A DNA stretch of 64,000 nt from an uncultured delta proteobacterium (GTDB lineage: Bacteria; Desulfobacterota; Binatia; UBA9968), in assembly GCA_963745835.1 (NCBI GenBank), contig CAVUZH010000014.1, positions 288,001 to 352,000 of the forward strand, in the 5' to 3' direction. Position numbers and translations under genes: made by a program. Below are positions 1 through 9,464 of this stretch, piece after piece (position 1 is the stretch's first letter; each line of letters begins with the position of its first letter). The notes under the pieces were generated by a model. The model ran no database searches and was not told the origin of the DNA. It saw nothing but the letters and a program-made list of their open reading frames with translations.

Positions 1-612
1 CGAACGATTCAGGATCTAAAAGGCAAAGTCGTCGGCATTTCGTCACGCGGCGGAGCGGTCGATCTGTTGATGCAATTGCTGCTGCAGAAAAACGGCCTCG
101 CACCGAACAAAGACGTCACCACCATCGTGGTCGGCGCGCAGGAAGAAACGGTTCTCGCCCTCAGGGCCGGGCGTATCGCCGCTGGCCTGTTCACACCGCC
201 GCGGCCATTGATCTTGCAGCGCGAGGGTTTCACCCGGCTCGCTTACAGCGGCGATTACATGCCGACCTATCCAAGCGGTGGAATCGGCGCGACTGACGAG
301 AAAATCAAAACCAATCCGGCGGAGGTGCTTGCGTTCGTCAAAGGAAGCGTGCGCGGGCTGCACTTTGCCAGACAAAACCGCGCCGAGGCGATGAAAATTT
401 TGAGCGATTATTTCAACATCAAAGACCAGGCGCTGGCGGAAGCGTTTTTTGAACTGTACTTGAGCCGGCTTCCAGCCGATGGCGGCGCCGATGAGGCCTG
501 GATGAAAGGCGCCATCGACTTCACTCAGAAGAGCCTGGGCGATAGCGGAAAAGATATCTCTATCAATCAGGTTTTCGATTTCAGCTTCGTCAAGAAAGCG
601 GCGCGACAGTGA
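1..612 (+). CDS. SsuA/NMT1-type solute-binding protein (5'-truncated by window)
   Basis: Frame open from base 1 (RTIQDLKGKVVGISSRGG..., DVTTIV, C-terminal VFDFSFV); paralog of 2254..3201. Confidence 0.85.
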   Translation, partial: RTIQDLKGKVVGISSRGGAVDLLMQLLLQKNGLAPNKDVTTIVVGAQEETVLALRAGRIAAGLFTPPRPLILQREGFTRLAYSGDYMPTYPSGGIGATDEKIKTNPAEVLAFVKGSVRGLHFARQNRAEAMKILSDYFNIKDQALAEAFFELYLSRLPADGGADEAWMKGAIDFTQKSLGDSGKDISINQVFDFSFVKKAARQ

Positions 613-633
613 CACTATGACGAGCAAAATGCG

Positions 634-2244
634 ATGACCCATTATCCCGTGCTCATCGCCGGCGGCGGCCCCGTCGGCATAGCGCTGGCCATCGAATTGG
701 GCTGGCGCGGCATCCCCTGCCTGGTGGTCGAGCAAAGCGACGGCACGGTCGAATTTCCGACCACCAATCTCGCCAACACCCGCACCTGCGAACACTTGCG
801 GCGCTGGGGCATCGCTGATCGCATGCGCTTTGAGTCCGGCTATCCCACCGACTATCCGCGCAATTATGTGTTTGTCACGCGCATGGACGGCTTTGAAATC
901 GCCCGCTTCGATCATCCGGGCAACGGCGCTCCGGAGTCGCGCTCGCCACATAGTCCCGAGGGAAGACTGTGGATTTCAAAACCCTACTTCGACCCGGTGC
1001 TGCATGCTCACGCGAACTCGCTGCCGCAAGTCGAGATTCGATACCAGACTTCTTTCGCATCGTTTGAACAAAACACGGGTGGAGTCTTAGCCGAAATCCT
1101 CGACCAGAAAACCGGACGCAAGGAAACCATCAGCGCGGATTATCTGGTCGGTTGCGATGGTGGGCGCAGCAATATCCGGCGCGCGCTGGATATAAAATAT
1201 CAAGGAGTTTTCTCACAGGGGATGAACGTCGCTGTATTGTTTCGATCGCCGCTATTGCACCACATCAAGTTTGGTCCGGCGGTGCAATATCAAATCATCA
1301 ATTCTCAAATCAACGGCGCCATCGCCGCAGTAGACGGCAAAGAGTTGTGGCGGCTAAACGTGCGCAACATCAAGCAGGAGGACCTGGAATCTTTCAATGC
1401 GCCGGAAAAACTCCGCTATGCCCTGGGCGAAAGTATTCCTTTCGAATTGCTTGCCGTGCGCCCCTGGACCGGTCATTGCGTGGTCGCTGAAAAATATCAA
1501 CACGGCCGGGTTTTTCTCGCCGGTGATGCGGCTCATCTCAACTGGCCGGCGGGCGGCTTCGGCATGAATACCGGTGTCGGCGATGCTGTCGATATCGGAT
1601 GGAAATTGGCGGCGGTGCTCCAAGGTTGGGGCGGCCCTCGTTTGCTCGACAGTTACACAGTGGAGCGCAAGCCCATCGCCATGATCAACGTCAACGAAGC
1701 TGCCGAGATGCGCGCCAGCTTCGACACCCAAACGCCTTTTTCGCCCAAGATTGGGGACGACAGCGATGAAGGAAAACAATTTCGCGAAAAAGCGCGGGCG
1801 GCAATTCTGCAAACCCGAGCCAAGGAATTTCAGCATGATTCAGCCGGCATCGAACTAGGCTACCGGTACGAAAACTCGCCGATTTGCGTTTCAGACAGCA
1901 CCGAGCCGCCGCCACTTGATCACGGTATGTATGTGCCATCGACTTGGCCGGGAGCGCGCGCGCCACACGTAAGGCTGCGGGACGGGCGCTCGACGCTCGA
2001 TCTGTTCGGCAAAGGTTTCACATTGATGAATCTGTCCGGCAGCGACAGCACGATTACCCTGACGGAGGCCGCGAGCCGGTTTCACTTGCCGCTTGTAACG
2101 CTCAAGATCGACGAACCTAAGGTGCGCGATATTTATGAGTGTAATTTAGTTTTGGTTCGTCCCGATGGTCATGTTGCATGGCGCGGCGATATATTGCCGG
2201 AGAACGCCGCGGCGATCATCGACCAGGTGCGCGGTGCAATTTAG
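634..2244 (+). CDS. FAD-dependent monooxygenase (PheA/TfdB/MhpA-like aromatic hydroxylase)
   Basis: GGGPVG Rossmann motif, LVGCDGGRS, GRVFLAGDAAH, GMNTGVGDA, C-terminal LVRPDGHVAW. Confidence 0.93.
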   Translation: MTHYPVLIAGGGPVGIALAIELGWRGIPCLVVEQSDGTVEFPTTNLANTRTCEHLRRWGIADRMRFESGYPTDYPRNYVFVTRMDGFEIARFDHPGNGAPESRSPHSPEGRLWISKPYFDPVLHAHANSLPQVEIRYQTSFASFEQNTGGVLAEILDQKTGRKETISADYLVGCDGGRSNIRRALDIKYQGVFSQGMNVAVLFRSPLLHHIKFGPAVQYQIINSQINGAIAAVDGKELWRLNVRNIKQEDLESFNAPEKLRYALGESIPFELLAVRPWTGHCVVAEKYQHGRVFLAGDAAHLNWPAGGFGMNTGVGDAVDIGWKLAAVLQGWGGPRLLDSYTVERKPIAMINVNEAAEMRASFDTQTPFSPKIGDDSDEGKQFREKARAAILQTRAKEFQHDSAGIELGYRYENSPICVSDSTEPPPLDHGMYVPSTWPGARAPHVRLRDGRSTLDLFGKGFTLMNLSGSDSTITLTEAASRFHLPLVTLKIDEPKVRDIYECNLVLVRPDGHVAWRGDILPENAAAIIDQVRGAI

Positions 2245-2253
2245 AAAGAAGAA

Positions 2254-3201
2254 ATGCTGAACAAACGTTTATTGCTTCTGACAACCCTTGTAGTGTCTTT
2301 AACTGCGAGCGCAGCCTTTGCCCAGCTCAAGAAGGTTCGCCTGGCGATCCCCACCGTTGATATCGTCACCTTGCCCTTGAAGATGGCGCAGGCGAAAGGG
2401 TTTTACCAAAAAGAGGGGTTGGAGGTGGAGATCATCTTGATAGCCGGCGCCTTGGGTGTTCGCGCCGTGCTTGGAAATTCGGTGGAATTCTCCACCGCGT
2501 CCGGATCGATTTTAGCCGCGGCGGCGCGCGGCGTACCGGTGAAACTGGTTTCCGTGATCACGGCCAAACCGACCTTTGATCTGATCTCCGAGCGGCAAAT
2601 TCAGAATTTTCAGCATCTTAAAGGAAAGCAGATCGGCATCTCCACCCGCGGCGGCACATTCGAGCACATCACCCGACTCATCCTCGAACGCAACGGATTA
2701 AGCCCGGACAAGGACGTCACTATTCTGGCGCTCGGCAGGCAGGATGATCTTCATCTCGCCCTTAAAACCGGTAGAATCTCGGCAGCGATCTACAGTCCGC
2801 CGCGCAGCCTTATGCTTTACCGAGATGGTTTTCACAAACTCGCCTTCTCGGGCGATTACTTGCCGCACTATCCCATCGGTGGCATCGGAGTCACGGACGA
2901 TTTAATCAAAAAGCGGCGCGGCGATATTCAAGCTTTCGTAATAGCCACTCTAAGAGGAATAGAATATTATCGCCAACATCGAAGTGATTCGATAAAATTT
3001 ATCGCCTCCGAGCTAAAAATGAGCGATGCATCTTTGGCCGAACAAATGTTCGACTGGCATCGCACCGTGCTTGCCGACGAGCGCCGTCCTAGCCAAGCGT
3101 GGATCAATGGCGTACTCGATTTCACCAGGAAAAGCCTGGAGCTAAGTAGTTCCATCTCGGCCGATCAGGTATTCGATTTCAGTTTTGTCGATACGAAATA
3201 G
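2254..3201 (+). CDS. SsuA/NMT1-type solute-binding protein
   Basis: Signal peptide (..ASAAFA-Q), GFYQKEGLEVE, LKGKQIGIS. Confidence 0.88.
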   Translation: MLNKRLLLLTTLVVSLTASAAFAQLKKVRLAIPTVDIVTLPLKMAQAKGFYQKEGLEVEIILIAGALGVRAVLGNSVEFSTASGSILAAAARGVPVKLVSVITAKPTFDLISERQIQNFQHLKGKQIGISTRGGTFEHITRLILERNGLSPDKDVTILALGRQDDLHLALKTGRISAAIYSPPRSLMLYRDGFHKLAFSGDYLPHYPIGGIGVTDDLIKKRRGDIQAFVIATLRGIEYYRQHRSDSIKFIASELKMSDASLAEQMFDWHRTVLADERRPSQAWINGVLDFTRKSLELSSSISADQVFDFSFVDTK

Positions 3202-3219
3202 TCGGTCTAAACCGGCTTT

Positions 3220-3248
3220 GTTCAAGGTTCAACGGTTCCACGTTCAAC
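3220..3248 (+). repeat. GTTCAA-type degenerate micro-repeat array
   Basis: GTTCAAG GTTCAAC GGTTCCAC GTTCAAC just after the SBP stop. Confidence 0.6.
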
Positions 3249-3376
3249 GTCAGAAACTCACTCGACGAGTATCGTGCTACGTGGGGTATAAATCAAAACC
3301 CCAAAAGATCTCAGAGCCGAGCGATGATCCCAACTCAGCATATGAATCTTTTTTAGCAACCTGCCGAGGACAAAGC

Positions 3377-4504
3377 ATGAAGCACGGATATAAAGCGATG
3401 GATTCCGATATGCACGTCGTTGAGCCGTGCGATCTGTGGCAAGACTACATAGATAAAAAATTCGCCGATCGCGCGCCAATCGGTCTCAACCGGCATAAGC
3501 GAGATCTTGGCGTCCAAGTCGAAGGTAAGATCATGCCCCGCGCTCCGGAAAAGCCAATTCCTGCGCTGCGTCCGATCCGTGAAAAGATTCTAGCGCAGCG
3601 ATACCCTGAGGAAGAGGCGCGCAATTTCGATAACATCGCCCAATTGCGGGCGATGGATAAAGAGGGGCTCGATGTGGCAATTCTGTATCCCAGCCGAGGT
3701 TTGTTCGTGCTTGCGGTGGACGGTTTGGACCCCGAGTTGGCCACGGCCATTGCCAAAGCCTACAACGACTGGATGTCGGATTTCTGCCAAGTGGCGCCGC
3801 AACGAATGTATGGCGCCGCCATCGTCGCACCCCACGATGTCTCTTCGGCGGTCGAGGAAACTCGCCGCATAGTGAAAGAGCTGGGATTTAGAAGCATTCT
3901 CATGCGGCCCAATCATGTAAACGGCCGGAAGTGGAGCGATCCTTATTACGATCCGCTGTGGGCAGAGTGCCAGAGGCTGGCTATTCCCGTCGGCTTTCAT
4001 GAGGCGGGCCGGGTCTTCTTGCCGCAGCCCGCGTTGTCACAGTTCATCCCAAGCTTCACGATGTTCAACACACTATCATTTCCGATGGCCAACATGCTGG
4101 CTTGCGCGGACATGATTTACGGCGGGGTCATGGAACGTTTCCCCAGACTAAAAGTCGCGTTCCTCGAAGGAAACTGCTCCTGGATCCCATGGCTGTTATG
4201 GCGCATGGGCGAATATGCCGAGCTCACCGGCGCGGCCGAGCATCCAGAGCTCAAGCTCGAACCGCTAGAATATTTTCAACGCCAGTGTTGGGGTGCGGTG
4301 GAATGCGACGAAGTGACGGCAAAGAATCTTCCCGATTTCGGCTTGGAAGACAATATCGTTTTCTCAACCGATTATCCGCACCTCGACGTCAAGTATCCGC
4401 ACGCCGTGGAAACTTTCTTGAAGCTGCCGTTCAGCGATCAAACCAAACGGAAGTACCTATGGGAAAATTGCGCGCGGCTTTACGGATTCGATAACGACGG
4501 ATAA
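3377..4504 (+). CDS. Amidohydrolase_2 family metal-dependent hydrolase/decarboxylase
   Basis: DSDMHV, PVGFHE, ERFPRLKVAFLEG, FSTDYPH; GAGGA RBS before ATG 3377. Confidence 0.9.
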   Translation: MKHGYKAMDSDMHVVEPCDLWQDYIDKKFADRAPIGLNRHKRDLGVQVEGKIMPRAPEKPIPALRPIREKILAQRYPEEEARNFDNIAQLRAMDKEGLDVAILYPSRGLFVLAVDGLDPELATAIAKAYNDWMSDFCQVAPQRMYGAAIVAPHDVSSAVEETRRIVKELGFRSILMRPNHVNGRKWSDPYYDPLWAECQRLAIPVGFHEAGRVFLPQPALSQFIPSFTMFNTLSFPMANMLACADMIYGGVMERFPRLKVAFLEGNCSWIPWLLWRMGEYAELTGAAEHPELKLEPLEYFQRQCWGAVECDEVTAKNLPDFGLEDNIVFSTDYPHLDVKYPHAVETFLKLPFSDQTKRKYLWENCARLYGFDNDG

Positions 4505-4569
4505 TTCTGATGGGAAAACAACTGTCAAGGCGCGCCATGTTTAGTAACATCCGGTTGTTTGAAGAACAG

Positions 4570-5850
4570 TCAAGCCGCCTCTTCACTCCTCCGCCCTGGT
4601 ATCGTGAACGCAAACAGCACAATCGTGACCGCCAACAGCGCCATCGCGCTGATGCCCAATGACCAGTGGATACCGATCAAGCCGCCGACCACCCCCACGG
4701 TCACTCCGCTAAACGCCTTGAGGCCATTGCTCGACATATTGAATAGCCCGATCAGTCGGCCGCGCAGTTGCGCCGGAGCCCTGAGCTGCACCAGTGTTTG
4801 CGCCATCGACATGAAAGCCAGATTCAACAGCCCTGCGCAGAACAACAGCATAACGCCCAAGCCATAACTATCGGTAGCGGCGAACCCGATTATGGTGACG
4901 CACCACAGAATCGAGCAGACCGCTGCATTCCACGGGCTGGCTTTGAGTAGGCCTCTTCCTTCGAGCAGCAGGCCGCCGAGAACCGCGCCGGCGGCGTTGG
5001 CGCCAAGCAGTATGCTGTACGCCCAGTCCTGCTTATCATGACCAAAGTCATGCGCGAATCCCGGCATCTGCGCTTGGAAGGCATTGCCGACCAGAAGAGA
5101 CGTGGCGCCGCCCAGAAGGATCATCGAAAAGATCGTGCGATTGGCCGACGTCTCTCGCAGCAACTGAATCGCGCCCTGCACCGTAAGCCGGGGCGCCCTA
5201 CCGCTCATCCCCTCATCCCGATTGTGGCCTGTATAGGGAAAAACAAACATCAAAAACAGCATCGGCAGGAACATCAAAGTGTTGATGAATAGCCCTGCCG
5301 GCGCGCCAAACAGCAACATCGTCGCGCCGCCCACCGCCGGACCGAAGAGAATGCCCAGCTGTCGCGCGGTGGAATTGAGTCTGACCGCGCTCTGCAGGTA
5401 CTCTCGACCGACGATGTCATGAATGATCAACTGGCTGCTCGGTCCACCCAGCACTCCAGCCATGCCGTGGATGACCAGCAACACACAGGCGTGCCAAACC
5501 TCGATGGTATCGGTGAGAAATAGAATAGCCCAGGTCAGCGACACCGTCGCATAGAGGAACTGGGAGGCTTGGATGACCCTCCTGCAATCGTGGCGGTCGG
5601 CCAGCGCGCCAAAGTAGACCGCGAAAAAAAGGAATGGTGTCCAGTGACTGATTACGGCAAACCCGCCGAGAACCGGTGAATGAAATTTTTGAAACAGCAG
5701 CCAGTAACTGATCACGTGCTCGATGTTGTCGCCCATGGTCGAGAACAGGTTAACCAGAAAATATCTCCGGTAGTCGCGATGATGCAACGCCGCAAACGCG
5801 ACTTTCCTGTTTGAATCGACTGATGTCGGGGATTTCTGCGGACTTGTCAT
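4570..5850 (-). CDS. MFS transporter (MFS_3/DHA3-like)
   Basis: About 12 hydrophobic segments, GALADRHDCRR motif A, LRGRLIGLF. Confidence 0.9.
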   Translation of the reverse strand: MTSPQKSPTSVDSNRKVAFAALHHRDYRRYFLVNLFSTMGDNIEHVISYWLLFQKFHSPVLGGFAVISHWTPFLFFAVYFGALADRHDCRRVIQASQFLYATVSLTWAILFLTDTIEVWHACVLLVIHGMAGVLGGPSSQLIIHDIVGREYLQSAVRLNSTARQLGILFGPAVGGATMLLFGAPAGLFINTLMFLPMLFLMFVFPYTGHNRDEGMSGRAPRLTVQGAIQLLRETSANRTIFSMILLGGATSLLVGNAFQAQMPGFAHDFGHDKQDWAYSILLGANAAGAVLGGLLLEGRGLLKASPWNAAVCSILWCVTIIGFAATDSYGLGVMLLFCAGLLNLAFMSMAQTLVQLRAPAQLRGRLIGLFNMSSNGLKAFSGVTVGVVGGLIGIHWSLGISAMALLAVTIVLFAFTIPGRRSEEAA

Positions 5851-5944
5851 TTAACAGGAACTCCAAACGTTGATGTGTTGCACATTCAGTTTAGCGCTTA
5901 GAGTGGGCAGACTTCTCCGCAACGACCATCACTCCACGAAATCT

Positions 5945-7219
5945 TCAGCTGAACTCGCTCCGATGCTGGCCCGGCATGAAAAACGCAAACAGCCCCAACG
6001 TGACCGCCAGCAGGGCCATCGCGCTCAATGCCAGCGACCAGTGAACGCCGATCAATCCGCCGACCACGCCGACTGTGACACCGCTAAATGCGCGCAGGCC
6101 CATACTGGCCATCGAGAACAAACCGATGACCCGGCCACGGAGGTGACCCGGCGCGAGCAGCTGCACGATAGTCTGAGCCATCGAGTAGAAGGCAAGATTG
6201 AGAATGCCGGCGACAAATAACAGCATCAGCGACAGGTTATAGTTGTACGAAAGCGCAAACGCGGTAATGACGAGACACCAGAGAATAGCGCAGACAATCG
6301 CTGTTTTGACCCGCGGCTGAAGCCACCCCTTCCCTTCCAGCAAAAATCCACCGAGAACTGCGCCCGCAGCGTTAGCCGCCAGCAAGGCGCTGTACGCGAA
6401 ATCGGCTTGCTCGGTGCCGAGGTCATGGGCGAATTCCGGCATTTGCGCTTGGAAGGCGCTACCGACGAAAAACGATGCACAGCCGCCGAGTGCTACCATC
6501 GTGATGATCGGTCGGTTGCCTGAGACTTCGCGCAGGGTGTCGAGGGCATCGCGCCACCCAACGCGGCGGCGCGACGGCGCCGCAGCTTCTCGAGAATGGC
6601 CGGTGTAAGATACGGTCAATAACCAAATAGTCAGGGGCAAATAGATCAAGGCATTGACGAACAGCCCCGCCGCCGGTCCGAGCAGCAGCATCAAGGCGCC
6701 GCCCACGGCGGGGCCGAAAAGAACCCCCATCTGCCGGCTCGTGGCATTAAGACGCACAGCGCTTTGTAAGTGCTCGGTGCCAACGATATCGTGGATCAGC
6801 AGCTGACTGCCTGGGCCCCAGAGCACGCCGGCCATTCCGTGGATAGTCAGCAGCACGCAGGCATGCCAAACCTCGATGGTATCGGTCCAGAACAGAAACG
6901 CCCATGCGGCCGACACGCCCATATACATGAGCTGGGCCAGCTGAATCACTTTGCGGCAATCGTAGCGATCCGCCATGGCGCCGAAGTAAACCGAGAATAA
7001 GAGAAACGGCGTCCAGTGAACCAGCACGGCAAAACCGGCCAGGGTCGGTGAGTGAAACTTCTGATACAGCAGCCAATAACTGATGACATGCTCGATATTG
7101 TCAGCCATCATCGCGAGCATGGTGCCGATGAAATAAACCCGGAAGTCCTTGTGATGCAGCGCGGCAAAGGCAACTTTTTTGGGTGCAGCTGAATCCTCCC
7201 GCTCAACGGCGCTCTTCAA
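5945..7219 (-). CDS. MFS transporter, tandem paralog of 4570..5850
   Basis: Shared blocks KVAFAALHH, DNIEHVISYWLL, TDTIEVWHACVLL, GLIG(I/V)HWSL. Confidence 0.9.
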   Translation of the reverse strand: MKSAVEREDSAAPKKVAFAALHHKDFRVYFIGTMLAMMADNIEHVISYWLLYQKFHSPTLAGFAVLVHWTPFLLFSVYFGAMADRYDCRKVIQLAQLMYMGVSAAWAFLFWTDTIEVWHACVLLTIHGMAGVLWGPGSQLLIHDIVGTEHLQSAVRLNATSRQMGVLFGPAVGGALMLLLGPAAGLFVNALIYLPLTIWLLTVSYTGHSREAAAPSRRRVGWRDALDTLREVSGNRPIITMVALGGCASFFVGSAFQAQMPEFAHDLGTEQADFAYSALLAANAAGAVLGGFLLEGKGWLQPRVKTAIVCAILWCLVITAFALSYNYNLSLMLLFVAGILNLAFYSMAQTIVQLLAPGHLRGRVIGLFSMASMGLRAFSGVTVGVVGGLIGVHWSLALSAMALLAVTLGLFAFFMPGQHRSEFS

Positions 7220-7524
7220 ATCAATGGCAACTCCGTAATTGGAAATTATTGACTGGCGCTTGAAAACGCCATCACAGGCAGGTCAAAGAGATCTTAGATG
7301 TGAGTCTTCGCTAAAGTTGGATCCGTAAACAATAAGGTTGCATGGGATGAGCACAACTTGACCGATAGATCACTTTGAGCAGCCTGCTAAATTGGACAGT
7401 AATGGATATCAAAAACCTATGCAAACCGCAGCTCGGTTTCGCTTCGTTCAAAGATGCCGGTCTCATTAGTGATTTCGCTGGAATCAGAATCAACGATCTC
7501 TCACACTAAGATTTTCGATTTGGG

Positions 7525-8163
7525 ATGAAATTTCTTTTCTTTGCTGCTTTACTCCAACTACTGACCGCCTGTTCAGCGCCGATCATGCAATTAGATTCTC
7601 ACGCCGCCGAAAAGAATGCCAAAAGAATTTTTGTCGTCCACAATAACTGGCATGCCGCTCTGGTTGTGCGAAGGGTCGATCTGACCGAAGACCTCGTTCC
7701 CGAACAAGCCGACTTTCCCGAAGCGGAGTATCTCGAAATAGGCTGGGGAGATCGAGATTACTTCCCAGCGCCAGAGGAAAGTGTTGGACTAGCGCTTAGG
7801 GCGGCATTCTGGTCGCGCGGGAGCGTGCTTCATGTCGTCGGCTTCAGGGGCGCCGTTAGAGATTATGTTACCGACGGTGAGATCATCGAACTCGCTCTTT
7901 CGCCCGAAGCTTTCCGGCGGCTGAGCGAGTTTTTATCTGCCAGCTTCTCGAGAGCGGATCCGTCTATCCCAGCGCAGTCGCAGCCCGGCCTGGTTCCATA
8001 CGCTCGGTTTTATCCCGCATCCGGGAGATTCAGCATCCTTAGAACATGCAACACTTGGATAGCGGAAGCCCTAAAAAGCGCCGGGATTGATATCAGTCCC
8101 AGATATGTCATCACAGCTGCAAGCCTGGCTCGCCAGGTCCGAGCGCATCAGGTGAAAAATTAG
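7525..8163 (+). CDS. DUF2459-family lipoprotein
   Basis: LTAC lipobox; WHAALVV, YLEIGWGDRDYF, RTCNTWIAEALK. Confidence 0.8.
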   Translation: MKFLFFAALLQLLTACSAPIMQLDSHAAEKNAKRIFVVHNNWHAALVVRRVDLTEDLVPEQADFPEAEYLEIGWGDRDYFPAPEESVGLALRAAFWSRGSVLHVVGFRGAVRDYVTDGEIIELALSPEAFRRLSEFLSASFSRADPSIPAQSQPGLVPYARFYPASGRFSILRTCNTWIAEALKSAGIDISPRYVITAASLARQVRAHQVKN

Positions 8164-8352
8164 ACTTCTTTCTATTCGCACACCCGTTCGAGTTGTCTGT
8201 GCGCTGGCAGCTCGCCTAGGAAACATCGTGAGCTAATCTCGACCTTGGCAGCTGCAGTCGCCTGGGTTAAGATATAATTAACCTAGGTCGTGGGTGCCCA
8301 TTCAATCCAGCAATTTGTCATGTGAAACCTTGAGAGATTGTCGAACCCCACA

Positions 8353-9378
8353 ATGAAGCCAGCAAGAACTCGTTTACCAGTTGTTTTGTTTCTGATGGTT
8401 GCCTTGATTGGCAGCTGTCGCACCGGTACAGTTCCACAAACACCTCCGGGTTCGGAGCAAACTCCAGAAATCGCAGGCCTCGAATCATCTCACCCCGCCA
8501 CCGACGAACCTGCATCGGAACCGGCAATCACACCGGCAAAGATTCCGCCGGTGACACCGTCGCTAGCACTGCGGCAACTGCCGGAATCGCTTCTTAGCGC
8601 GCCGGAGAAAGAAAGCGTCGCGCCGGCAATCCAGTACGACACGGTTCTGACAAAACGATCAGTTCAGATAGCCGCCCATTCAGGCTGGCAGTATCGGAAC
8701 AACCGCCAAAGGCAAATTGTCGGCTTTGAGTTCTCCAATAGCGGCGGCAATCGAATTCTTCCCCAGCGTCGTGATATTAGCAAGAATCAACTCTACACCA
8801 GGGATTTCCAATTCCGCTTCGATGATCGTGCTAGGCAGGACGTGCACCTATCGGTTACCGACTGGGTCGCTTCCCGCGATAAGCAGTTTAGACTCAGCGA
8901 GCTGATGAACAGCGTGATGCTGTTTTTTCCGAGGAACTATTTACCGGCTGTAGTCACGGTGGGTGATCGAAACATCGTGACCCTGCCCACCGGCGAGGAA
9001 GTCGAGTTCGACGCTCACACGCATGAAGTCAGCGGTGGTGTGTTTTCGGAAGCGGCGGTTGATCCGAATCCGGACAAAAGCTTACGGCAATTTCCCGCTA
9101 TCCGTTATACTGGTTCAGGCGTCATGGTTCGCGCCGATGCCCGAGGATCGGATCCTAGACTTGGAAATATGGCGACTATCACAACCGGATCACCTCCCCC
9201 AGATTGTGTTCAGGGCGAAGCGTGCAAACGATGCGAAGTATCGGCTAAAGAGATTTGGGCACAGAGCGGTGCCGCTCGGTTTAGATTCGCCCATGATGAG
9301 GATTTCCACAATTATCTACTATCGAGGTGCGCCTTCGGCCTTCCAATGAAAACCGCTTCCGTCGTTACGTCCCGCTAG
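8353..9378 (+). CDS. Hypothetical lipoprotein with Pro-rich linker and Cys-containing C-terminal domain
   Basis: LIGSC lipobox, P/E/T-rich linker, globular domain FFPRNYLP...VTLPTGEEVEFD. Confidence 0.7.
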   Translation: MKPARTRLPVVLFLMVALIGSCRTGTVPQTPPGSEQTPEIAGLESSHPATDEPASEPAITPAKIPPVTPSLALRQLPESLLSAPEKESVAPAIQYDTVLTKRSVQIAAHSGWQYRNNRQRQIVGFEFSNSGGNRILPQRRDISKNQLYTRDFQFRFDDRARQDVHLSVTDWVASRDKQFRLSELMNSVMLFFPRNYLPAVVTVGDRNIVTLPTGEEVEFDAHTHEVSGGVFSEAAVDPNPDKSLRQFPAIRYTGSGVMVRADARGSDPRLGNMATITTGSPPPDCVQGEACKRCEVSAKEIWAQSGAARFRFAHDEDFHNYLLSRCAFGLPMKTASVVTSR

Positions 9379-9464
9379 ATCACTGCTTCTCTGCAACCGC
9401 ACGTTGCCTATCCGGCCAGCCTTGGATCGGCTATCCAGCTCTACTCCGATCACAGAACGGAGTT

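Noticed and set aside
43-951. Long antisense ORFs (e.g. 43..951, 34041..34781, 32046..32609)
   Set aside because: Shadow frames of well-supported genes on the opposite strand
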